Shown here: positions 10,284 through 19,792 of the stretch, piece by piece
How positions within the stretch are numbered: position 1 is the first letter of the stretch
Layout of the letters: each line of letters opens with the position of its first letter
Origin: Alphaproteobacteria bacterium
GTDB lineage: Bacteria > Pseudomonadota > Alphaproteobacteria > JBFXJJ01
Assembly: GCA_050175015.1 (NCBI GenBank)
Contig: JBFXJJ010000017.1
Span: 1-46,408, forward strand
DNA: 46,408 nucleotides
Direction of reading: 5' to 3'
The notes under the pieces: generated by a model
Seen by the model: only the letters and a program-made list of their open reading frames with translations
What the model was told of the DNA's origin: nothing
The model's database searches: none
Translations under genes and position numbers: made by a program

Positions 10284-10373
10284 TAATCAATATAGAGCTT
10301 TCGTTTTCAAAATGTTCTCACCCCTTACTAGTACCTTTTTCTAACGGGGTTATCTTTTCCCATTTTTTTCTAA

Positions 10374-10414
10374 TTGACACCCATGTTATCCCATGTTATC
10401 CCAAGATTCACCAC
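10374..10414 (+). promoter_or_regulatory. dcw promoter with MraZ-type 10-bp periodic boxes
   Basis: TTGACA (10374) N17 TATCCC, overlapped by CCCAT/CCCAT/CCCAA/ACCAC at 10380, 10390, 10400 and 10410 (TGGG boxes on the other strand). Confidence 0.75.
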
Positions 10415-10474
10415 AGTTATGCCTAAATTAGGCTTTGATGGTTAAAAACATTAATTTGGCGGGATACTAGATAA

Positions 10475-10951
10475 ATGTCTGAAAGCGTTAGAAAAAGAAC
10501 TCTATTTTTAGGGACGACCTTGAATAAGGTCGATGCTAAAGGAAGAGTGTCTTTACCAGCTGACTTCCGCTCATTATTGAAAGATCAAAACACTGTTATC
10601 GTTGCTTATCGCTCTTTTGCTAGCAGCTGCATTGAAGGCTGCACTGCAGAGACTATGGAAAAGCTTGCTGTTGAAATTGAAAACAGCCATGACTTTTTCT
10701 CTGAAGAACAAGATGATTTAACCAATCTTACCTTTGGCGATGCTCAGGAATTTAATTTTGACAGCACAGGAAGAATTCTCCTTACCGAGAAGCTGTTAAA
10801 ACACGCCCAGATAAGCGACAAGGCTGTTTTTGTTGGCAAAGGCCGCAAATTCCAAATATGGAACCCAGAAGCTTGGGAAAGAGAAGAAGCTCTTATGAGA
10901 GAAAAAGCTCTCAAAAATCGCCCTCATATTAAAAAAAATCTGGGGGAATAA
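10475..10951 (+). CDS. mraZ: Transcriptional regulator MraZ
   Basis: KVDAKGRVSLPADFR and FDSTGRILL repeats; FVGKGRKFQIW. Confidence 0.95.
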   Translation: MSESVRKRTLFLGTTLNKVDAKGRVSLPADFRSLLKDQNTVIVAYRSFASSCIEGCTAETMEKLAVEIENSHDFFSEEQDDLTNLTFGDAQEFNFDSTGRILLTEKLLKHAQISDKAVFVGKGRKFQIWNPEAWEREEALMREKALKNRPHIKKNLGE

Positions 10952-10954
10952 GCC

Positions 10955-11893
10955 ATGACTGACACCAGACATATATCTGTTATGCTACCAGAAGTTCTTG
11001 AAGCTTTAAATCCTAAAGACGGCGGCATCTATGTCGATGCAACCTTTGGTGCTGGCGGTTACAGCAAGGCAATTTTAGATAAAGCCGATTGCAAAGTAAT
11101 TGCTCTTGATAGAGATCCAACCGCTATTGCAGGCGCATCAGAACTGTTAGAGCAATATGGCGAAAAACTAACCCTCGTTAATGCTAAATTCAGCGAAGTT
11201 GAAGAAGTTGTTGCCTCTTATGGCTATGAAAAAATTGATGGCATTGTTTTTGATATTGGAGTTTCCTCTATGCAGATTGACAATGCGGAAAGAGGTTTTT
11301 CTTTCAGCAAAAAAGGCCCCTTAGATATGAGAATGAGTTGCAATGGGGTCTCAGCAAAAGATGTTGTGAACAAATTCAAAGAAAGCGACATCGCCGACAT
11401 TATTTTTAAATATGGTGAAGAAAGAGCCTCTCGCAGAATTGCTAGAGGCATTGTTTTTGCTAGAAATATCGCTCCAATAGAAACAACTGAAGACTTAGCA
11501 AAAATTGTTCATAAATCATTAGCTGCCAACAAGAAAGATAGAATAGACCCTGCAACCAAGACTTTTCAGGCTCTTCGCATTTATGTCAACAGTGAGTTAG
11601 ATGAGTTAGAAACAGCTCTTGCCTCTTCCGAAAAAATTTTAAAAAAAGATGGGGTTTTAGTTGTTGTTACCTTTCATTCTTTAGAAGATAGAATTGTTAA
11701 AAACTTTATAAAAGAAAAAACCGGCAAAGAAAACGGCAACCGTCACTTACCTTTAAATCTTAAAAATAAACCAACTTTTTATGCAACCGTAAAAAATGCG
11801 GTTAAACCAAGTTTAAGCGAAACAGAACAAAACCCACGCTCTCGCTCCGCCAAACTACGCTTCGCTTTAAGAACTGATACCTCAATCATTTAA
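10955..11893 (+). CDS. rsmH: 16S rRNA m4C1402 methyltransferase
   Basis: VDATFGAGGYS, DIGVSSMQID, FQALRIYVN, FHSLEDRIVK, NPRSRSAKLR. Confidence 0.97.
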   Translation: MTDTRHISVMLPEVLEALNPKDGGIYVDATFGAGGYSKAILDKADCKVIALDRDPTAIAGASELLEQYGEKLTLVNAKFSEVEEVVASYGYEKIDGIVFDIGVSSMQIDNAERGFSFSKKGPLDMRMSCNGVSAKDVVNKFKESDIADIIFKYGEERASRRIARGIVFARNIAPIETTEDLAKIVHKSLAANKKDRIDPATKTFQALRIYVNSELDELETALASSEKILKKDGVLVVVTFHSLEDRIVKNFIKEKTGKENGNRHLPLNLKNKPTFYATVKNAVKPSLSETEQNPRSRSAKLRFALRTDTSII

Positions 11894-11909
11894 TGAGAGA
11901 AACTAAATT

Positions 11910-12284
11910 ATGAGTACAAAAAACTTTATAACTTTTATCTGGCTTTTTCTGGCAATCTTTGTTGGTGTCGGTATGTATATTTTAAAATACGAAGTCAAAA
12001 AGCTAGAAACAGAATTGGCTTCTCTTAACGATACTATCCGCAAAGATCAGGAAAACATTCACGTTTTAAAGGCCGAATGGAGCCATTTAAACAATCCTGA
12101 ACGCATTAAAAATTTAGCCGAACGTTATATCAAATTAGAACCTGTTTCTCCAGAACAAATTATTGCTGTAGCTGATTTACCAATCGCTACAGACAAGCAA
12201 GATTTAAGAACTTTTGCTTCATCGAACAACCTTGAAGCTGATTTAAACAAAAGATTGAAAAAACTGGTAAGCACAAGAGATTAA
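11910..12284 (+). CDS. ftsL: Cell division protein FtsL
   Basis: TM helix, coiled coil, LKAEWSHLNNPERI; lies between rsmH and ftsI. Confidence 0.88.
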   Translation: MSTKNFITFIWLFLAIFVGVGMYILKYEVKKLETELASLNDTIRKDQENIHVLKAEWSHLNNPERIKNLAERYIKLEPVSPEQIIAVADLPIATDKQDLRTFASSNNLEADLNKRLKKLVSTRD

Positions 12285-12290
12285 AAAAAT

Positions 12291-14009
12291 ATGGGCTTTT
12301 TTTTGAACCGCAGACAGAGCAATTTTTATTACTTAGGACAAGAAATCCGTCTTGACCTTAAGAGCTCTTCTGTCAGCCCAAAAGATATTGAAAAAAACAG
12401 TAACCGCCTGCTTGTTGTCTCTGCAATGTTCTCTCTTGCTTTTTTAATCATTACAGCTCGTTTAATCAATATAACTATCTTTGAAAAAGATCAGGAAGAG
12501 CAGGTTACTGAAAATGTCTATCAAGACATACGCCGAGTTAAAAGAGCTGACATTACAGATCGCAACGGTATTATCGTGGCTACAAGTCTTCCTACGGTAA
12601 ATCTTTATGCAACACCAAAAAATATTATATATCCTGAAGCATCAGCTAAAAAAATTACCGATGTTCTACCTGATTTAGATTATCAGACCGTTTTGAATAG
12701 AATAAAATCTGATAAAACATTTGTTTACATTAAAAGAAATTTGACCCCTCGCCAACAATTAGAGATTAACAACTTAGGTCTCCCAGGATTGGACTTTGAA
12801 GAAGGCGAGACCAGAGTATATCCTCAAGGAACCCTCCTTTCTCATATCGTTGGACTTACCAATATTGAAAACAGTGGCGTTTCAGGAATAGAAAAAACCT
12901 TTAATGATAAGCTGTTAAATGAAAATAAAGCTTTAAAGCTTTCGATCGATCTTAGAGTGCAAAACACCGTTAGAGGCATTTTAAAAGAAAACATCAAAAA
13001 ATTTAGTGCGATTGGCGGATTAGCTATAATTGCAGATGTCAACAGCGGCGAAATTATATCTTTGGTATCCCTGCCTGATTTCGACCCTAACAATTTCTCT
13101 GATGCTGATGAAAATGCTTCCTTTAACAAGGCAACTTTAGGCGTTTTTGAACTAGGATCTATCTTCAAAATATTCAATACGGCAATGGCATTAGAAACAG
13201 GTAAAGTAAAAATTGATGACCGTTTTGATGCATCTAAGCCTTTACAGATGGCACAATTTAAAATCAAAGATTTCACTCCGCTTCATCGTAAAATATCCGT
13301 ACCAGAAGTAATGGTATATTCATCAAATATTGGCTCTGTTCAAATGGCATTAAGTGTCGGAACAGAATATCAGAAAAAGTTTTTGGGCGATCTTGGCTTC
13401 ACATCAAGAATGAGCTTAGAAATTCCGGAATTAGGAACCCCTTTGGTTCCCTCACCTTGGCGTGAAATAAATACGGCTACCATATCTTATGGATACGGTA
13501 TTTCAGTAACACCTTTGCACGTTGTCTCTGCTCTCAGTGCCATTGTTAATGGCGGGGAATATATAAGCCCAACCTTGATTGCAAGAGACACAGGTGAACC
13601 AATTTATAAAAGAAGAGTTATTTCAGAAGAAACATCAAATATGATGAGAGCAATTATGAGACTTGTCGTAACTAACGGCTCAGGAAGAAACGCCAATGTA
13701 TTTGGCTATGATGTCGGCGGCAAAACAGGCTCTGCTCTTAAAGTAAACCATAAGTCAGGCTATTCTGCTAAAAAATCTTTAACATCTTTTGTGGCAGGAT
13801 TTCCTATCTCTAACCCTAAATACGCTATGATTGTTATGCTTGATGAACCAGCCGCCACTAAAGATACCTATGGTTTTAATACTGCGGGCTGGAATGCTGT
13901 TCCTACAGCAGGTCAAATCATTTCAAAAGTAGCACCGCAATTAAATTTAAAACCAAAGCGCAAAACTTATGTCCCTGCTTGGCAATATTTAGTAAGTGCC
14001 GAACATTAG
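12291..14009 (+). CDS. ftsI: Penicillin-binding protein 3 (class B transpeptidase)
   Basis: RADITDRNG, RVYPQG, and SxxK (SIFK), SSN and KTG motifs. Confidence 0.95.
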   Translation: MGFFLNRRQSNFYYLGQEIRLDLKSSSVSPKDIEKNSNRLLVVSAMFSLAFLIITARLINITIFEKDQEEQVTENVYQDIRRVKRADITDRNGIIVATSLPTVNLYATPKNIIYPEASAKKITDVLPDLDYQTVLNRIKSDKTFVYIKRNLTPRQQLEINNLGLPGLDFEEGETRVYPQGTLLSHIVGLTNIENSGVSGIEKTFNDKLLNENKALKLSIDLRVQNTVRGILKENIKKFSAIGGLAIIADVNSGEIISLVSLPDFDPNNFSDADENASFNKATLGVFELGSIFKIFNTAMALETGKVKIDDRFDASKPLQMAQFKIKDFTPLHRKISVPEVMVYSSNIGSVQMALSVGTEYQKKFLGDLGFTSRMSLEIPELGTPLVPSPWREINTATISYGYGISVTPLHVVSALSAIVNGGEYISPTLIARDTGEPIYKRRVISEETSNMMRAIMRLVVTNGSGRNANVFGYDVGGKTGSALKVNHKSGYSAKKSLTSFVAGFPISNPKYAMIVMLDEPAATKDTYGFNTAGWNAVPTAGQIISKVAPQLNLKPKRKTYVPAWQYLVSAEH

Positions 14010-14032
14010 AACAGAAAACAAGGAGCTAAAAA

Positions 14033-16417
14033 GTGAAGCTTGGCAATATAATGAAAGGAGTTGAAACCGCCGTGGAATATACCAGAGACATCGATATTAG
14101 AGGTTTAGCTATTGATTCCCGCAGAGTTGAATCTGATTATCTCTTTGCTGCTCTTGATGGCAAGAAAACAAGCGGCTACAAATTCATTCCTGAAGCTATC
14201 AGACGTGGAGCTTCTGCTATCTTAACCGCTATTGGCAACGAAAAAGATGAAACTGTCATTACCAATGACAATAACAATGTTGAAATAATACCAGTTGCTA
14301 ATCCGCACAGATCTTTAGCTATAATGGCAGCCAACTTTTTTGAACATCAACCTGAACATATTGCCGCAGTTACAGGAACTAATGGCAAAACTTCAGTTGT
14401 TGATTTCACAAGGCAGATTTGGGAATATTTGGGCAATCAATCTGCCAGCATTGGAACACTTGGCACCATTGCCAAAGGCTTTCCAAGAAAACCTTCTCTA
14501 ACAACTCCAGATCCCATAAGTCTGCATCGTGATTTAGCCGAACTTGCTCAAAACGGCACAACCCATTTAGCTCTTGAAGCCTCCAGTCATGGCTTGGATC
14601 AATTCCGTTTAGATGGTGTTAAAGTAAGCATTGCTGGTTTTACAAATCTTTCAAGAGATCATCTTGACTATCACGGCGATATGAAAACTTATAAAAAAGC
14701 CAAAACTCGCCTTTTCAGTGAAATATTAGAAGAAGGCGGCACGGCTGTTATTAATGCCGATATTCCTGAATTTAGAGAGCTTGCCTTAATTTGCCTCAAC
14801 AGCGGAAGACGTATGTTTTCTTATGGATATGATGGTGTTGACTTAACTGTTATTAACAATCAGCCAATGGCTCACGGTCAAAAATTAACCTTAAGCATTT
14901 TTGGCAAAAGACACGAAATCATTCTCCCTATTGCTGCCGAATTTCAAGTTCAAAACGCCTTATGCGCTTTAGGTATGGTTATTGCGTCAGGATGCGATGC
15001 TGACAAAGCCACCAAAGCCTTAGAAACACTTACTGCTCCTAAAGGAAGAATTGACTTAATTGCAAGCTGCAATGGAGCAAGTGCATACATCGATTATGCT
15101 CATACCCCTGATGCTTTAAAAAAGGCTATTGCCTCATTGAAACCACACTGCGCTGGAAAATTCTATGTTGTGTTTGGTTGCGGCGGTGATCGTGATGCAG
15201 GCAAGCGACCAGAAATGGGAGCTATCGCATCTGAAATGGCTGATGTTGTAATTGTTACTGATGATAATCCACGTTCTGAAGATCCCGCAAAAATCAGAAG
15301 TCAAATCATTGAAGCCTGCCCTAAAGCCATTGAAATTGCAAACCGCAAAACCGCTATTTTCACAGCTGTAGGCGAACTTCAAGAAGGAGATATTCTTTTA
15401 GTCGCCGGCAAAGGACACGAGACGGGACAAATCATAAAAGGACAAATTCTGCCTTTTGATGACAGCAAAGTGCTTTTGCAAGCAATGACCGGCGAAGGCA
15501 ATATTCAAGAAAAATTTCAAGAAGAAACTGAAGTTTTATGGAATTCTGAAGAAATAGCAACCTCAGTTGCAGGAATTGCCTCAGGAAAATGGGACGCTTA
15601 TGGACTTGCCATAAGACACGATGAAGTAAAAGCTGGTGACTTATTTGTGGCTCTTGCAACTCAAGACTATAATGGTCACGAGTTTGTTAAGGAAGCACTT
15701 GAAAACGGAGCTGTTGCAGCGGTTGTTCATTCTGTTCCTGACAACATCGAGCGCGAAAAGCTAGTAATCGTAGCTAATACGGAAAATGCTCTTGAAGACT
15801 TAGCAAATGCTTCCAGACTGCGTTCAACTGCCAAAATTGCTTTAGTCATTGAAAATAATGAAAACGGTGAAATAACCAAAACTTTAAAAACAGCCTTAAA
15901 CAAAACGGCTCCAGTCCATAGTATAGAAAACGTTTTTGATACTAAAATTAATACCGCTTATGCCTTAGCATCTATGCCTGTTAAATGTTCATATTTAATT
16001 TTGAATGTTATGATGAATCAATCGGGTATTATTAAAGATGTTTCAGGTATGGCTAGACCCAACGTTGTTGTTTTTCCATATTCTGAAAACAGTATGCAAA
16101 ACAAATCTCGCGTTTTAGAAGCAATTACGGGCGTTGACACTAACGGACTCATTGTTTTAAGCCGTGATGACCAAGCTTTTGAAGAATATGGTTTAAGCGC
16201 TAGAAACTATGGAATCAGACGTATGGTTTCTTATGGATTTTCAGGAAGTTCTTATGTTCACATCAGAGCAGAAAAAAACAATAAAGTTCTTCGTTATGAA
16301 AATCAGGATTTCATTATTAATTCTAGAGTTTCACCTGAAACTTTAGCAACGACCGTAGCCGCATCTTTAGCATTAGGAGCTAATGCCAAAGAAATAGCTC
16401 AAATTATTTGCAACTAA
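14033..16417 (+). CDS. murE: MurE ligase fused to a degenerate MurF-like C-terminal half
   Basis: GTG start after AGGAG. MurE motifs TGTNGKT, EASSHGL, DHLDYH, DYAHTPD, DNPR and GKGHE; MurF-like N-domain from about 15536 (LWNSEEIA, GDLFVAL, GHEFV). Confidence 0.92.
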   Translation: MKLGNIMKGVETAVEYTRDIDIRGLAIDSRRVESDYLFAALDGKKTSGYKFIPEAIRRGASAILTAIGNEKDETVITNDNNNVEIIPVANPHRSLAIMAANFFEHQPEHIAAVTGTNGKTSVVDFTRQIWEYLGNQSASIGTLGTIAKGFPRKPSLTTPDPISLHRDLAELAQNGTTHLALEASSHGLDQFRLDGVKVSIAGFTNLSRDHLDYHGDMKTYKKAKTRLFSEILEEGGTAVINADIPEFRELALICLNSGRRMFSYGYDGVDLTVINNQPMAHGQKLTLSIFGKRHEIILPIAAEFQVQNALCALGMVIASGCDADKATKALETLTAPKGRIDLIASCNGASAYIDYAHTPDALKKAIASLKPHCAGKFYVVFGCGGDRDAGKRPEMGAIASEMADVVIVTDDNPRSEDPAKIRSQIIEACPKAIEIANRKTAIFTAVGELQEGDILLVAGKGHETGQIIKGQILPFDDSKVLLQAMTGEGNIQEKFQEETEVLWNSEEIATSVAGIASGKWDAYGLAIRHDEVKAGDLFVALATQDYNGHEFVKEALENGAVAAVVHSVPDNIEREKLVIVANTENALEDLANASRLRSTAKIALVIENNENGEITKTLKTALNKTAPVHSIENVFDTKINTAYALASMPVKCSYLILNVMMNQSGIIKDVSGMARPNVVVFPYSENSMQNKSRVLEAITGVDTNGLIVLSRDDQAFEEYGLSARNYGIRRMVSYGFSGSSYVHIRAEKNNKVLRYENQDFIINSRVSPETLATTVAASLALGANAKEIAQIICN

Positions 16418-16450
16418 AATCAATTAAAAAAAAGACAGGGTTTTTTATAA

Positions 16451-17539
16451 ATGCTTTATTATTTTTTATTTCCACTAGCCAATCAGTACAGTTTTTTTAA
16501 TATTTTTAAATATATAACTTTTAGAACTGGTTGTGCAGTTATGACGGCGCTAATTTTTGCCTTCTTAACTGGTCCTGTCATAATTAGAACCTTAAAGAAA
16601 TTTCAAGCAAACGGACAGCCTATAAGAGAAGATGGTCCTGAGTCCCATCTTTTGAAGAAGAAAGGAACTCCAACTATGGGCGGAATTATGATTCTGCTTG
16701 GAATTTCTATTTCTACTCTTCTTTGGGCAGATTTAAGCAATTCTTACGTTTGGATTGTCCTTGCCGTAACGCTTGGATATGGTGTCATTGGCTTTATTGA
16801 TGATTATATGAAAGTCATCAAACAAAATTCTAAGGGCATTTCAGCAAAACTAAAAATGGGCTTACAAATTTTAGTCGCATCAGTTGCAATCTTTTTTATC
16901 ATTGATGCGTCATCTGATGATATGGCAACTTGTCTTGCCATACCTTTTTTCAAAAATGTTTTAATTAAACTTGGCATCTTTTATATCCCCTTTGCTATCA
17001 TTGTTATGGTTGGTTCTTCAAACGCTGTTAATTTAACCGACGGTTTAGATGGACTTGCAATCGTCCCTGTTATGATTGCCGCCGCAGTGTTTATGATGAT
17101 TGCATACCTTGCAGGCAATATTGTTTTTGCCAACTACCTCCAAATTAATTACGTAGTTGGAGCTGGCGAACTCGCAGTTTTCTGCGGCGCTCTTGTCGGA
17201 GCAGCCTTAGGCTTTCTTTGGTATAATGCTCCTCCAGCATCAATCTTTATGGGCGACACAGGCTCTCTTGCCATCGGTGCGGCATTAGGTACAATAAGTG
17301 TCATCGCAAAACACGAATTAGTTTTGGCGATTGTCGGCGGACTTTTTGTTTTAGAAACCATCTCTGTTATTGTGCAGGTTGCTTCTTTCAAGTTAACAGG
17401 CAAGAGAGTTTTTAAAATGGCACCTCTTCATCACCATTTTGAAAAATTGGGCTGGGCAGAATCAACTGTTGTTATTCGTTTCTGGATTATAGCCATAATT
17501 TTGGGAATTGCAGGTCTCTCCACTTTAAAACTACGCTAA
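16451..17539 (+). CDS. mraY: Phospho-N-acetylmuramoyl-pentapeptide transferase
   Basis: [38 protein letters not shown]. Confidence 0.98.
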   Translation: MLYYFLFPLANQYSFFNIFKYITFRTGCAVMTALIFAFLTGPVIIRTLKKFQANGQPIREDGPESHLLKKKGTPTMGGIMILLGISISTLLWADLSNSYVWIVLAVTLGYGVIGFIDDYMKVIKQNSKGISAKLKMGLQILVASVAIFFIIDASSDDMATCLAIPFFKNVLIKLGIFYIPFAIIVMVGSSNAVNLTDGLDGLAIVPVMIAAAVFMMIAYLAGNIVFANYLQINYVVGAGELAVFCGALVGAALGFLWYNAPPASIFMGDTGSLAIGAALGTISVIAKHELVLAIVGGLFVLETISVIVQVASFKLTGKRVFKMAPLHHHFEKLGWAESTVVIRFWIIAIILGIAGLSTLKLR

Positions 17540-17558
17540 GCAAAAATAAGGTTAATAA

Positions 17559-18683
17559 ATGTCAAGAGCTTTTGCCCGAACTGATAATAGTATTTTAGGA
17601 AATTGGTGGTGGACAATCGATAAATGGATTTTTACATCTATTTTCATTCTAATCGGCATCGGCATTTTATTAAACTTTGCAGCCAGCCCAGCTGTTGCTA
17701 ATACTATTAACGTTAATATGTATCACTTCATCAAAAAACAGTTGTTTTTGATGCCTGTTGCCGTCCTTATTATTATCACCCTATCTCTGCAATCGCCTAA
17801 ATATATCCGTTATTTTTCGATTGGCGCTTTCTGCTTTTTTATGCTTTTGGTAATGCTTACCCCTTTTTTAGGAACCGAAATAAAAGGTGCGACAAGATGG
17901 ATTAGTCTTTTTGGTTTTTCTATTCAGCCTTCGGAATTTCTAAAACCATTATTTGTCGTTGTTTCTGCATCTTTATTTGCTCTGCCAGATAACGGCAAAA
18001 GAATTAACAGTCATATGATTGCAACGTTTCTATTCTTGTTTGTTATTTCTTTCTTGGTCATTCAGCCAGACATCGGAATGTCCTTAGTTATATCGACGGT
18101 ATGGGCTACGCAGTTTTTTATTGCGGGTCTGCCTATCATATGGGTCGTTGCCTTAGCTTGCTGCGGGGTTGTCGGCATTATTACTGCTTATTTCACATTG
18201 CAACACGTTCAACTTAGAATTGACCGTTTTCTTCACCCTGAAGGAGGACTTAGTTACCAAGTAAGACGCTCCTTGGAGGCTTTTTCTGATGGCGGACTTT
18301 TTGGAGTAGGTCCTGGTGAAGGTAAAGTTAAATTTCATTTACCAGATGCCCACACTGATTTTATTTTTGCGGTAGCAGGAGAAGAATTTGGCCTAATTTT
18401 CTGCCTCTGTATTGTTACCTTGTTTGCTATTGTCGTAATTAAAAGTTTTAATTTAATTATGAAAGAAAAAGATATGTTTATAATTCTTGCTGTAACTGGA
18501 TTAGCGGTTCAATTTGGTCTGCAAGCCTTAATAAATATGGCATCTTCGCTCCATTTGATGCCAACAAAAGGTATGACATTACCTTTTATTTCTTATGGAG
18601 GTTCCTCGTTGATTTCATCTTCAATCGGGATAGGAATGCTGCTTGGAGTAACCAGAAAAAGAATAGTACAAGGAACTAACTGA
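17559..18683 (+). CDS. ftsW: SEDS peptidoglycan glycosyltransferase FtsW
   Basis: GATRWI, QPSEFLKP, LPDAHTDFIFAVAGEEFG, LPFISYGGSS. Confidence 0.96.
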   Translation: MSRAFARTDNSILGNWWWTIDKWIFTSIFILIGIGILLNFAASPAVANTINVNMYHFIKKQLFLMPVAVLIIITLSLQSPKYIRYFSIGAFCFFMLLVMLTPFLGTEIKGATRWISLFGFSIQPSEFLKPLFVVVSASLFALPDNGKRINSHMIATFLFLFVISFLVIQPDIGMSLVISTVWATQFFIAGLPIIWVVALACCGVVGIITAYFTLQHVQLRIDRFLHPEGGLSYQVRRSLEAFSDGGLFGVGPGEGKVKFHLPDAHTDFIFAVAGEEFGLIFCLCIVTLFAIVVIKSFNLIMKEKDMFIILAVTGLAVQFGLQALINMASSLHLMPTKGMTLPFISYGGSSLISSSIGIGMLLGVTRKRIVQGTN

Positions 18684-18684
18684 C

Positions 18685-19788
18685 TTGAATTTAGAAAATG
18701 CCAATATCGTGATTACAACAGGGGGAACAGGAGGTCATATCTTTCCTGCTCTTTCTTTAGGTGTCCACCTAAAAAACCAAAAAGCAAGTGTTGTAATCGC
18801 TACCGACAAGAGGGGAATAAACTGGCTTCAAAGCCAAAACAATCCTTTAGAAACAATTTGCTTTACCTCATCCAGCCCTGCTTTAAGCGGCATTTTCAAT
18901 AAAATAAAAGCCCTAATTCTTATCCTTCAAGGAACTTTAAAAGCCTTATTATATGTTAAAAAAAATAAACCTGACTTGGTAATCGGTTTTGGAAGCTATG
19001 CCTCATTTCCAATAATGCTTGCCGCTTTATTTTTGAATATTCCCATAATGATGCACGAGCAAAATGCGGTATTAGGCAAAACCAATCGTTTTTTTGCTAA
19101 GCGAGCTAAAATTCTTGCGTTATCTTTCGAAAACACGGCTTTAATTCCCACTGGAGTTAAAACCGTTTTTACAGGAATGCCCGTCAGAAATGCCATCGCT
19201 AAAATAAAGAGCGCTCCTCTGCAATTTGAAGATAACAGTTTTAAAATTCTGGTTACAGGCGGCAGTCAAGGCGCCAGTATTTTTAGCGACATTATTCCCC
19301 AAGCAATTAATGCTCTGCCTGACGATTTGAGAACACAAATTGAAGTTGTTCAGCAATGCCGTGAAAGTGAAATCTCAAAAGTTACCGAAGGTTATCAAAA
19401 TCAAATTAAAAATTTTAGAATCGCCAGCTTCTTTAATGATATGCCAAATGAATTAAAAAGCTGTAATCTTGTTATATGCCGAGCAGGTTCTTCTACTATT
19501 GCAGAACTTGCTACCGTTCAAAGACCGGCTATTTTAGTCCCTCTTCCCTATGCCGCAGACAATCATCAAGCAGCAAACGCTAGGGCTTTCTGCAAAAACA
19601 ACGGGGGCTGGTTTTTTGAGCAAAAAGATTTTTCGGTTGAAACCCTTTGCCAAAAACTAACAGAATTAATAAAAAATGCAGATATTTTAGTTAAAATGGC
19701 ACAAAATATTAAAAATAGTGCTAATATAGAAGCCGTAAAAAATTTAGAAAAAATTGTTAACGACATAATCACCAAAAAAGAATTTTAA
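18685..19788 (+). CDS. murG: Lipid I N-acetylglucosaminyltransferase
   Basis: GGTGGHIFPA, HEQN, GGSQGA, RAGSSTIAE, HQAANA; TTG start. Confidence 0.96.
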   Translation: MNLENANIVITTGGTGGHIFPALSLGVHLKNQKASVVIATDKRGINWLQSQNNPLETICFTSSSPALSGIFNKIKALILILQGTLKALLYVKKNKPDLVIGFGSYASFPIMLAALFLNIPIMMHEQNAVLGKTNRFFAKRAKILALSFENTALIPTGVKTVFTGMPVRNAIAKIKSAPLQFEDNSFKILVTGGSQGASIFSDIIPQAINALPDDLRTQIEVVQQCRESEISKVTEGYQNQIKNFRIASFFNDMPNELKSCNLVICRAGSSTIAELATVQRPAILVPLPYAADNHQAANARAFCKNNGGWFFEQKDFSVETLCQKLTELIKNADILVKMAQNIKNSANIEAVKNLEKIVNDIITKKEF

Positions 19789-19792
19789 AGCT

